Shown: piece by piece, positions 1 to 7,532 of the stretch
Layout: each line of letters opens with the position of its first letter
Numbering within the stretch: position 1 is the stretch's first letter
The notes under the pieces: generated by a model
The model's database searches: none
Seen by the model: the letters and a program-made list of their open reading frames with translations, nothing else
What the model was told of the DNA's origin: nothing
Program-made: the position numbers and the translations under genes
IMG/VR virus record: IMGVR_UViG_3300005611_000165
Location: 1-27,545 of that record
Reading direction: 5' to 3' (one strand)
Source of the DNA: a virus
Lineage: Duplodnaviria; Caudoviricetes
DNA length: 27,545 nt

Positions 1-1
1 A

Positions 2-271
2 AATGATATTGGGGGTGTGGGGGATGACACGGCTTTAAACACACTCTCACACACCCTCGCGCACGCATACGCTCGCGCCGTTCAATCACGCACCGGGCAG
101 GTCCGCAACGTGGCCAGCGAGATCAATCACGCTCGGCGGCTTGCATTGTCGGATATATCAATAGAACAAGTGCGCGCTGCCACCGTGCAAGCCTGTGATG
201 CAGCACTAGCAAGGCGTGCCGGGGTGCCAAGCTTGGCCGATGTCGCCCGGCTGATCGGCGGTGTACAGTGA
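2..271 (+). CDS. Hypothetical protein, probably the 3' part of a gene truncated by the window edge
   Basis: The frame is open from position 2 to TGA at 269-271; the ORF track starts it at GTG 17. No recognisable motif. Confidence 0.5.
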   Translation, partial: NDIGGVGDDTALNTLSHTLAHAYARAVQSRTGQVRNVASEINHARRLALSDISIEQVRAATVQACDAALARRAGVPSLADVARLIGGVQ

Positions 272-409
272 CACAAACGTTGGTTTGCGCTTGTACGCCG
301 CGACTATCATCGGCCCGGCCAGCCAGCGAGCCACCCCTTGCCCCCCCGCCCCCCTCGCTATCTATATGGGGGTGTCACACAAAATTTTTGTCACTTTTGG
401 AGGTAAACA

Positions 410-682
410 ATGAAATCAAGATATGAACTACTCAACGAAGCAGCCAAGACCGTTACAGACAGGGGCGCCAACTACGGCACGCCAGCAGAGAACTTTGAGC
501 GCATCGCTGTTTTATGGACAGCGTTGCTGGGCCACGAGGTATCCGCAGCCCAAGTAGCTATAATGATGGCCGCTGTAAAGATGGCACGGCTATGTGCGGA
601 CGAGAAACACATGGATTCATGGGTTGATATAGCTGGCTACGCAGCTTGCGGCGCAGAGATTGTGAGTGCGTCTGATGACTGA
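410..682 (+). CDS. DUF6378-like small all-helical phage protein
   Basis: Pattern RGANYG.PAENFERIA.LW...VAIMM..VK.AR...H.DSWVDIAGYAA is typical of this family. Strong SD GGAGG at 399-403. Confidence 0.75.
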   Translation: MKSRYELLNEAAKTVTDRGANYGTPAENFERIAVLWTALLGHEVSAAQVAIMMAAVKMARLCADEKHMDSWVDIAGYAACGAEIVSASDD

Positions 683-1082
683 CAAGCCCGTCACCATCCG
701 ACAAGCGCGTGCAGCACTTGCGTCGCAGGATAGCGACAAGCGTGAGGCGGTATTGCAGGAGTTAGAAGCGATTGGCTCTGGTGAGATAACGGATATTCTT
801 GCCTGGGACGAGATGGGCCGCGTTCAAGTGCGTCCATCTGACCAGTTGTCTGACCGTGCGCGTCGCTCGATCAAGAAGGTCAAGGTTACGCCAACGGAGC
901 ATGGCAACAACATTGAGGTGGAGATGCACGATAAGCTGTCTGCCTTGCGCCTATTAGCCAAGCACCGTGGCTTGCTGGAGCCTAACAGCGACGACCGGCG
1001 GCCTAGTATGATTGGTATTAACGTAACGGGGCCGAAGACGACCACGTATGAAGTGAAGGATGACGGTAATGGCGAGGAGTAA
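675..1082 (+). CDS. terS: Terminase small subunit
   Basis: Directly upstream of and overlapping terL. Contains V..EL..I..GEITDI..W and IEVEMHDKLSALRLLAKHRGL, typical of TerS C-terminal regions. ATG 675 preferred over GTG 666. Confidence 0.75.
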   Translation: MTDKPVTIRQARAALASQDSDKREAVLQELEAIGSGEITDILAWDEMGRVQVRPSDQLSDRARRSIKKVKVTPTEHGNNIEVEMHDKLSALRLLAKHRGLLEPNSDDRRPSMIGINVTGPKTTTYEVKDDGNGEE

Positions 1083-2625
1083 TCGCGCAACGGATCGTTC
1101 GCCGCGTCGCCGCAAGACTGGCGGCAGTGAGGCGTTAACTGGCTTGAACCTAGATTTTAGTGAAAGTCCAACAGTATGGAAGTTTTTAAACGACGATTCG
1201 TTTGTCCGTGGTTTGATGGGGCCTGTGGGCTCTGGGAAAACCTACGCCAGTTTGGCCGAGGTTATGCTGAGGGCGGTGAAGCAGCCTCCATCGCCCGAGA
1301 CCTCAATCAGATATTCCAGATTTGCAGTCATCCGCAACAGCTATCCAGAATTGAGGACGACGACGATCAAGACGTGGCAGGAGATATTTCCTGAATCTGT
1401 CTGGGGCGAGATGCGTTGGTCGCCACCGATTACGCATCATATTAAGTTGCCACCTCGTGACGGTGCACCGGGATTGGATTGCGAGGTTATCTTCTTGGCT
1501 CTGGATCAGCCCAGAGACGTGCGTAAGCTGCTATCCCTTGAATTGACGGGTGGTTTTATCGACGAGGCGCGAGAGTTGCCCAAGGCGGTTGTGGATGGCC
1601 TGACATCGCGTGTCGGTCGTTTCCCTACCAAGAAGCACGGCGGTTGTCCGTGGCGTGGCGTCTGGATGTCTACCAACCCAATGGATAGCGACCATTGGTG
1701 GTGCAATTTGGCTGAGAAGAACCCTGTGAAGGGCAAGTACCCTTGGAAGTTCTACAAGCAGCCTGGTGGGGTCAAGGAGGCCACCAAGGAGCATGAGGGT
1801 TCAATCCCGTCGAATAGTCGTCATTGGATTGTGAACCCACTTGCTGAGAATACGAACAATCTTCCAGTTGGCTATTACGAGCAGCAGCTTGCGGGCAAGA
1901 CGCTGGATTGGGTGCAGTGCTATCTGGGCGCTCAGTATGTATATGTGCAGGATGGCAAGCCAGTATGGCATGAGTTCTCCGATAGTTTGATGTCTGCTGA
2001 TGTTGAGTATGAGCCGGGAATGCCAGTGCATATTGGGCTGGACTTTGGTTTGACGCCTGCTGCTGTGTTTGGTCAGAAGATGCGGAACGGGCGTTGGCAC
2101 ATTATACATGAACTTGTTGCTTTTGACATGGGCCTTGAGCGGTTTGGTCATCATTTGATTGCAGACATTCAGACTAGGTTTCCTAAGTCTGAGATAATGA
2201 TCTGGGGTGACCCTGCTGGTGGCAAGCGAGACGAGATTTTTGAGGTCACGGCGTTTGACCATTTGCGTACACTTGGGCTGCGTGCCCAACCTACGGCGTC
2301 AAACGACTTCAAGGTGCGCCGGGAAGCGGGTGCTATGCCTATGAACCGATTGATTGACAGCAAGCCCGGTTTGCTTGTGGACAAGGAATGCAAGCGTGTC
2401 CGCAAGTCACTTGCTGGTGGCTACCATTTTAAGCGCGTTGCGATGGGTGGTGGTCAGGAACGGTTTCGGGATATGCCTAATAAGAACGAGCATTCGCACG
2501 TTGGCGATGCTTATGGCTATTTGATGTTGGGTGGTGGCGAGCATCGTTCGCTGACGCGAAACCCAAATGGCAAACCTATGACCCAACAGCTAGTAGCAAA
2601 GGCTGACTTCGATGTCTTTGGATAA
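1069..2625 (+). CDS. terL: Terminase large subunit
   Basis: Walker A GPVGSGKT, Walker B FIDEARE, coupling motif STNP, nuclease motif IGLDFG and C-terminal HSHVGDA. ATG 1069 follows AAGGA; the ORF track starts at 1060. Confidence 0.93.
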   Translation: MARSNRATDRSPRRRKTGGSEALTGLNLDFSESPTVWKFLNDDSFVRGLMGPVGSGKTYASLAEVMLRAVKQPPSPETSIRYSRFAVIRNSYPELRTTTIKTWQEIFPESVWGEMRWSPPITHHIKLPPRDGAPGLDCEVIFLALDQPRDVRKLLSLELTGGFIDEARELPKAVVDGLTSRVGRFPTKKHGGCPWRGVWMSTNPMDSDHWWCNLAEKNPVKGKYPWKFYKQPGGVKEATKEHEGSIPSNSRHWIVNPLAENTNNLPVGYYEQQLAGKTLDWVQCYLGAQYVYVQDGKPVWHEFSDSLMSADVEYEPGMPVHIGLDFGLTPAAVFGQKMRNGRWHIIHELVAFDMGLERFGHHLIADIQTRFPKSEIMIWGDPAGGKRDEIFEVTAFDHLRTLGLRAQPTASNDFKVRREAGAMPMNRLIDSKPGLLVDKECKRVRKSLAGGYHFKRVAMGGGQERFRDMPNKNEHSHVGDAYGYLMLGGGEHRSLTRNPNGKPMTQQLVAKADFDVFG

Positions 2626-2638
2626 TGGAGAGAAGAAA

Positions 2639-2833
2639 ATGGATATGAAGCCTACGACCTTGCGTCTGCGTGATGACACGTTGACGATGTTGCGTGCCGA
2701 GTTGCGTAAGTCTGCCCATCGCTCTATGGCGGCGTTGGCAGATGAATTGTTGCACAATGAACTGCGGCGCCGTGGACACAACACAGAAACCGATTTAAAT
2801 AGATTGATTTCTGCGGCAGGAGAGATTAGCTAA
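2639..2833 (+). CDS. Small ribbon-helix-helix (Arc/CopG-like) DNA-binding protein
   Basis: N-terminal beta-strand pattern KPTTLRL, then helix, RSMAAL, helix. GGAG lies before ATG 2639. Confidence 0.55.
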   Translation: MDMKPTTLRLRDDTLTMLRAELRKSAHRSMAALADELLHNELRRRGHNTETDLNRLISAAGEIS

Positions 2834-3249
2834 TGAAGCCGGGGGGTGGTCGTATGAAGGGCGCTGCATTTGAGCGCGAGGTTGCTGGTCTGCTATTTGA
2901 TGAACTTGGCATCAAGTTCAAGCGCGAGATTGAGCAATATCGTCAGTCTGATCTAGGTGATCTCGTACCGTGCGACGGTACGTTTCCATTTACGATTGAG
3001 TGCAAGCGTTACGCTGACGGCTATCTTGCCAAGGATGCGTGGTGGGATCAGGCATGTGCAGCGGCTCATGCGGCTAACCTTATCCCTAGTTTGATTTATA
3101 GATTTGATCGACGGCCTATTGTCTGCCGCGTGCCAATCGCTGCTTTTATAGCAATGTCTGGCGGAAAAGATGATTATGGATGGCAATACACTGCGGACGT
3201 GACGTTTGCTGCGTATTGCATGATTGCGCGGGAAATGATTTCCGCGTAA
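2833..3249 (+). CDS. Hjc-like Holliday junction resolvase, PD-(D/E)xK nuclease
   Basis: KGAAFEREVA...GDL...TIECKR motifs. TAATG coupling to the upstream gene. Confidence 0.8.
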   Translation: MKPGGGRMKGAAFEREVAGLLFDELGIKFKREIEQYRQSDLGDLVPCDGTFPFTIECKRYADGYLAKDAWWDQACAAAHAANLIPSLIYRFDRRPIVCRVPIAAFIAMSGGKDDYGWQYTADVTFAAYCMIAREMISA

Positions 3250-3278
3250 CGGGCAATGTTAGAAAAAAGGAAAGAAAG

Positions 3279-3881
3279 ATGTCGTTAGGATTTAACACGG
3301 AAAGTAAGTCGTCGGGCGATATTGTGCCGATCATCAAGTTTGATGCAAAGGCTGGCGAGTTCATTAAGGTGGACAAAGAGCAAGCTGCTGATGGCACTTG
3401 GGCCGCGGATCAGTCAGAGATTGATTTGCCGTTCAAGGCTGTGATGGATTTAGCCAATATCGAGGTGGGCTGGCTTGCGTTTCCGTCGGGTGGGCCTGAT
3501 TTCCACATGGTGAAGCTAGGTGACAAGATGCCCACTCAACCAACGGACGAGCATAAGCAGGCTTTTCGCATCAGGTTGTTCAATAAGTCTCTTGGGCTGC
3601 GTGTGTTCTCGCACAGCGCCAAGACGGTGGTGCGCTGCATGGATGCGCTGCATACACAGTATGAGGCCGAGCGTGCAGCTAATTCGGGTAAGATGCCAGT
3701 TGTAGAAGCAGGCAAATGTGAGACGGTTAAAATTCAAACGCCTCAAGGAGAGTTACGCTTTAAGGCTCCATCGTGGAAAATCGTTTCTTGGGTAAATGCG
3801 CCCGAAGCACTTTCTGGTGCGGCCCCTGCACCAGAGCCTGCTCCGGCACCAGCAGCAGAGGATGATGACAACGAGTTCTAG
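3279..3881 (+). CDS. Putative single-stranded DNA-binding protein
   Basis: Beta-rich core, Pro/Ala linker and an acidic tail ending in Phe (AEDDDNEF), as in T7 gp2.5 and bacterial SSB tails. Lies next to the primase-helicase. ATG 3279 follows AAGGA. Confidence 0.6.
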   Translation: MSLGFNTESKSSGDIVPIIKFDAKAGEFIKVDKEQAADGTWAADQSEIDLPFKAVMDLANIEVGWLAFPSGGPDFHMVKLGDKMPTQPTDEHKQAFRIRLFNKSLGLRVFSHSAKTVVRCMDALHTQYEAERAANSGKMPVVEAGKCETVKIQTPQGELRFKAPSWKIVSWVNAPEALSGAAPAPEPAPAPAAEDDDNEF

Positions 3882-3893
3882 GGCATAGCTGAT

Positions 3894-3920
3894 GGGGCGC
3901 TCCTTTGGGGCGTCCCTTTA
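3894..3920 (+). terminator. GC-rich hairpin, possible weak intrinsic terminator
   Basis: GGGGCGCTCC-TTT-GGGGCGTCCC followed by a short T run, between the SSB and primase genes. Confidence 0.45.
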
Positions 3921-3938
3921 GCGTTTAGGGAATGGTAA

Positions 3939-5732
3939 ATGACACAAAATATCGGAGCGCACATTGAATCGGTGGCTCGCCATTATTGGGGTGAACCGAC
4001 AAGCGCAAAAAGAAATGAGTTACGGTGGGGTACGTTTGGTTCTCGTTCGGTCGATTTACGGAAAGGCACATGGTTTGACCACGAGGCGCAGGAAGGTGGC
4101 GGCGTTGTAGACTTGGTGAGGCGCGAAGAAGGCGCATCGCTTACGCCAGTTTCTGATGTACTACAAAAAAAGTTTGGTATTGATAAGAAAGTTCAAGAGC
4201 GGATCAAGCCAGCCAGTTACATTAGCAAGGCATTTGACTATTGTGACGATGATGGCGTGGTGCGGTATCAAGTGCTGCGATACGAGCCTAAGACATTTCG
4301 TCAACGCCACCAGAATGACAAGGGCGAGTGGGTTTGGAATATGGACGGCGTTGAGGCGCTGCCATATCGACTACCTGATCTGCTGGCATCCCCAGATAAG
4401 CCAATCTATATCGTGGAAGGTGAGCAGTGCGCTGAGAAGCTGTTTGCGATGGGCCGCTTGGCAACATGCAACCATGGTGGTGCAGGCAACTGGAAAGCAG
4501 AACTTAACAAATGGTTTGTTGGCCGCAAGGTTGTAGTGCTGCCCGATAACGACGACGCCGGTCGGGCACACGCCAGCAAAGTCGTTAACGGTTTGTTAGG
4601 GATTGCGGCAGAAATAAGGCAAGTGGAGCTGCCGGGGTTGCCAGAAAAAGGCGACGTGGTGGATTGGCTGCTCGCTGGCAACACGATGGAAGAATTGCGT
4701 GATCTGGTTGTGGCCGCTGATCGTATAGAGAACTTAGAGCCCGTTGAAGACGTAGAACCCGAGTTCCACGGCGATGTCTTTGAGACATACTCTCTCTTGC
4801 ACCTACGGTCGATGCCACCAATAGAATGGATGATTGAGAGCATCATACCGCAGAACAGCTTGTCTGTAATGTATGGCGAGCCGGGTGCCGGTAAGTCTTT
4901 TCTTGCCTTGGATATGGCATTGTCTGTTGCTTACGGACAGTCATGGCATGGCAAGGCTGTCACGCCTGGATCAATTCTATACATTGCTGGTGAAGGTGTT
5001 GGTGGCTTGGGTAAGCGGGTTGCGGCATGGCAGGCGTTCTATGGCGTTGATCCTGTTGCTCCGTTTCACGTGTTACCTACGGCTGTTAGGTTTCGCGAGC
5101 CAGAAGATGTTGAGAAGCTGATGCGTACCATCGACAGCTTTAACACGCAATTTTCTTGCGTGTTCGTTGACACGGTAGCGCGCGCATTGTTGGGTGGAGA
5201 TGAAAACTCTGCCACTGACATGGGCATGTTCATTGATGCCTGCGACGCTGTGAAACGGCATGCCAAGTGTGCATTGATGGGCATTCACCACTCTGGCAAA
5301 GATGCTGCGCGTGGCATGCGTGGATCCACGGCTTTGCTGGGTGCGGTGGAGACATCCATTCGCGTCACGCGATCTGATGACATTTTGAGCATGAAGATGG
5401 AGAAGCAGAAAGACGCCGACCCATGCGAGGACATTAACTTCAACATGGAGCAGATTGCGATTATTGGTGATGCGTCTATCGTGCTTGAGGCTTGCGACGC
5501 ACCAACAAAGAAGAAGCGCCAGAAACTATCGCCATCTCAATCTATCGCGCTTGAGTGTTTGCGCGGTCTGGTGATTGACCTGGGCAGCAAGTCAATTCCA
5601 ATACATCTTTGGCAAGAGGCACATTCCCGTGCCGCCCCTGATGCAGCGGCAAGCACCAAAAGTTCTGCGCGCTCTCAACTGCAAGAAAAGGGTATTGTTG
5701 GAATTTCAAAAGGTATGGTGACTGAACTATAA
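3939..5732 (+). CDS. Primase-helicase (TOPRIM domain plus RepA/AAA_25-type helicase)
   Basis: TOPRIM motifs IYIVEGE, VVVLPDNDDAG and KGDVVDW. Walker A GEPGAGKS, LYIAGEG, Walker B VFVDT, IHHSGKD..RGMRGS. Confidence 0.9.
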   Translation: MTQNIGAHIESVARHYWGEPTSAKRNELRWGTFGSRSVDLRKGTWFDHEAQEGGGVVDLVRREEGASLTPVSDVLQKKFGIDKKVQERIKPASYISKAFDYCDDDGVVRYQVLRYEPKTFRQRHQNDKGEWVWNMDGVEALPYRLPDLLASPDKPIYIVEGEQCAEKLFAMGRLATCNHGGAGNWKAELNKWFVGRKVVVLPDNDDAGRAHASKVVNGLLGIAAEIRQVELPGLPEKGDVVDWLLAGNTMEELRDLVVAADRIENLEPVEDVEPEFHGDVFETYSLLHLRSMPPIEWMIESIIPQNSLSVMYGEPGAGKSFLALDMALSVAYGQSWHGKAVTPGSILYIAGEGVGGLGKRVAAWQAFYGVDPVAPFHVLPTAVRFREPEDVEKLMRTIDSFNTQFSCVFVDTVARALLGGDENSATDMGMFIDACDAVKRHAKCALMGIHHSGKDAARGMRGSTALLGAVETSIRVTRSDDILSMKMEKQKDADPCEDINFNMEQIAIIGDASIVLEACDAPTKKKRQKLSPSQSIALECLRGLVIDLGSKSIPIHLWQEAHSRAAPDAAASTKSSARSQLQEKGIVGISKGMVTEL

Positions 5733-5759
5733 AAAAAGCCCCGGCGTAATGCCGGGGCT
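5731..5759 (-). terminator. Intrinsic terminator oriented for - strand transcription
   Basis: The + strand reads AAAAAAA-GCCCCGGC-GTAAT-GCCGGGGC, so the U7 tail exists only on the - strand. Confidence 0.8.
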
Positions 5760-5795
5760 AAGTTCAGGGAGGTAACATCGAGATATCAACAACAC
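5731..5795 (-). ncRNA. Candidate small RNA with anti-SD seed (suhB/MmgR-like architecture)
   Basis: On the - strand: short hairpin UGAUAU-CUCG-AUGUUA, then CCUCCCUGAACUU, then an 8-bp GC stem and U7. A perfect TATAAT lies just upstream. Confidence 0.6.
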
Positions 5796-5799
5796 GATT

Positions 5800-5830
5800 A
5801 TTATATAAGCCATGAGCAACGTAAAGACAA
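5800..5830 (-). promoter_or_regulatory. Sigma70-like promoter for the antisense RNA
   Basis: - strand TATAAT at 5805-5800. The best -35 candidate, TTGTCT, is 19 nt away, which is non-optimal spacing. Confidence 0.5.
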
Positions 5831-6288
5831 TATCTACGAACAAAAAAGTTATTTTTGTGCCATTTCATTGGGGCCATCCATACGCTATGGACTTGCGCCC
5901 ATTTGACAAGGCGATGATGACTGACATTCCAAACTACAATGATTATCTCAAAGCGTATGCGGCATCTGGCACAGCCTACACGGCGGTACATGATGGCAGG
6001 ATGGTGTGCAGCTTCGGCGTTAATCTTCTTTGGCCGAAGGTTGGAGAGGCTTGGATGCTAACTTCGCACCACGTTGATGGCGTTCCGATGTCGCTTACGA
6101 AGGGCGCACTGAGGTTTTTTAACCACTGTGCCACCACTATGCCATTAAAGCGGTTACAAATCACAGTAGATGCGCGTAATAAGGTTGCAGTACAGTGGGC
6201 AAATTTGTTAAAGTTCAAGCAGGAAGGCGTGCTGGAAAAATACGGCCCGTCTGGTTCTGATTATTTTATGTATGCGAGGATTTATTGA
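5812..6288 (+). CDS. GNAT-fold acyltransferase-like protein (T7 gp13-like virion assembly family)
   Basis: Pattern GV..LWP.VGEAWML...RLQITVD.RN..A..W..LLKF..EG.L.KY is RimJ/RimL-like. Confidence 0.65.
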   Translation: MSNVKTISTNKKVIFVPFHWGHPYAMDLRPFDKAMMTDIPNYNDYLKAYAASGTAYTAVHDGRMVCSFGVNLLWPKVGEAWMLTSHHVDGVPMSLTKGALRFFNHCATTMPLKRLQITVDARNKVAVQWANLLKFKQEGVLEKYGPSGSDYFMYARIY

Positions 6289-6509
6289 TGGGTGGTTTGT
6301 TTAGTTCTCCGAAGACCCCAGCGCCTGATCCTGAACTTGCAGCAGCGCAGGCTCGTCAGGAAGCGCGGCTGAACGAAGAAGAGCGCTCCAAGAAGGAGGC
6401 GATTGCCGCTCGTCAGCGCGCCCGACAGATTGGCGGTCAGCGGATGTTGCTTTCTTCTGATCGACCTGACGCACAAATGGGTATCGAAACTAAGTTAGGA
6501 TCAAGCTAA
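6288..6509 (+). CDS. Small virion-associated protein (T7 gp6.7/7.3-like position), paralog 1
   Basis: Starts MGGLFSSPKTPAP. TGATG coupling to the GNAT gene, SD GAGGA, located upstream of portal. Confidence 0.6.
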   Translation: MGGLFSSPKTPAPDPELAAAQARQEARLNEEERSKKEAIAARQRARQIGGQRMLLSSDRPDAQMGIETKLGSS

Positions 6510-6715
6510 TGGGTGGTATTTTTAGCAAGCCGTCTGCACCGGCCCCAGCGCCAACCCCAACCCCAGCCCCAGCACCTGCTCCAACTGCAACTGAGGAGCA
6601 GAAACGTGAAGCGGCACAGAGACGTGCACGTGGTATTCGCCAGCGTGGTTTGCTTGGCAGCGTAGCAACTCGCGGCACTGCCGCAGAAGAACAAACAACA
6701 TTAGGAGCAGGATAA
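6509..6715 (+). CDS. Small virion-associated protein, paralog 2, with a Pro-Ala/Thr repeat
   Basis: Starts MGGIFSKPSAPAPAPTPTP. TAATG coupling. Same overall layout as the previous ORF. Confidence 0.6.
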   Translation: MGGIFSKPSAPAPAPTPTPAPAPAPTATEEQKREAAQRRARGIRQRGLLGSVATRGTAAEEQTTLGAG

Positions 6716-6864
6716 TGCCAAAAGTAGTAACCAAAGACGGGAAGACGCGCACCTTTGCTTATAGCAAGGCTGGGATGGCTGCTGCCAAGGAATATGCCAA
6801 GCAGTACGGCGGGCGTGTTGCTGAGGTTAATATGAAAACGACGATGTTGAAGAAAAAGAAATAA
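6715..6864 (+). CDS. Small basic hypothetical protein (49 aa, not in the ORF track)
   Basis: MPKVVTKDGKTRTFAYSKAGMAAAKEYAKQYGGRVAEVNMKTTMLKKKK. TAATG overlaps at both ends; AGGAG upstream. Confidence 0.75.
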   Translation: MPKVVTKDGKTRTFAYSKAGMAAAKEYAKQYGGRVAEVNMKTTMLKKKK

Positions 6865-7085
6865 TGGCCAGGAACTATCGCTCAGAATACGATAATTATC
6901 AAGGCAAGCCAGAGCAGAAGAAAAACCGCGCTATGCGAAATGCTGCCCGGCGTAAGATGGTAAAAAGCGGTTCTGCGAGAAAAGGTGATGGCAAGGACGT
7001 TGACCATAGGGATGGGAACCCTAGGAATAATTCTCATCGCAATCTGATTGTAATGTCAATGAGTGCAAATAGGTCAAAGAAATGA
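6864..7085 (+). CDS. Small HNH-motif protein
   Basis: GDGKDVDH.DGNPRNN...NL......ANRS matches the HNH pattern. Confidence 0.75.
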   Translation: MARNYRSEYDNYQGKPEQKKNRAMRNAARRKMVKSGSARKGDGKDVDHRDGNPRNNSHRNLIVMSMSANRSKK

Positions 7086-7237
7086 AGAAAGAAGTTTGGG
7101 ACAAAAAGCGACCAAAGGGTTTGGGAAAGCCAAAGTCTTTAAGTTCTTCGCAGAAACGATCCGCAATGCGAGCGGCCAAAAAGGCAGGCCGTCCGTACCC
7201 GAATTTGATCGACAACATGAGGGCCGCTCGTGGCTGA
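7082..7237 (+). CDS. Small basic phage protein (51 aa, not in the ORF track)
   Basis: MKKEVWDKKRPKGLGKPKSLSSSQKRSAMRAAKKAGRPYPNLIDNMRAARG. ATGA overlap with the HNH gene; fills the gap exactly. Confidence 0.75.
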   Translation: MKKEVWDKKRPKGLGKPKSLSSSQKRSAMRAAKKAGRPYPNLIDNMRAARG

Positions 7238-7529
7238 TACACCGGCATGGCAACGCAAGGCAGGCAAAAACCCCAAAGGCGGATTGAACGCCAAGGGTAG
7301 AGCCTCTGCGCGTGCTGAAGGCATGAATCTCAAAGCACCGGTAAAGTCTGGCGACAACCCAAGACGTGCTTCTTTCTTGGCGCGGATGGGTTCCATGCCC
7401 GGCCCAGAACGCGACGAGAAAGGACGCCCCACGCGCCTGCTCCTTTCCCTGCGCGCGTGGGGCGCTTCTTCTAAGTCTGATGCTAAGTCTAAGGCCAAGA
7501 GCATCAGCGCGCGCAATAAAAAGGATTAA
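7230..7529 (+). CDS. Basic phage protein, DUF6321-like
   Basis: TPAWQRK.GKNPKGGLNAKGRAS...NLKAPVK...RRASF.ARM...RL..SLRAW is a recurrent pattern in environmental phages. GTG start. Confidence 0.65.
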   Translation: MADTPAWQRKAGKNPKGGLNAKGRASARAEGMNLKAPVKSGDNPRRASFLARMGSMPGPERDEKGRPTRLLLSLRAWGASSKSDAKSKAKSISARNKKD

Positions 7530-7532
7530 CAG

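Noticed and set aside
5766-5772. AGGGAGG as the RBS of the GNAT gene
   Set aside because: It lies 40 nt upstream of ATG 5812 with no nearer start codon; it is better explained as the complement of an anti-SD seed.
7063-7287. 74-aa ORF from the track
   Set aside because: The 7082-7237 frame fits better: ATGA coupling upstream, short overlap downstream and a coherent basic peptide.
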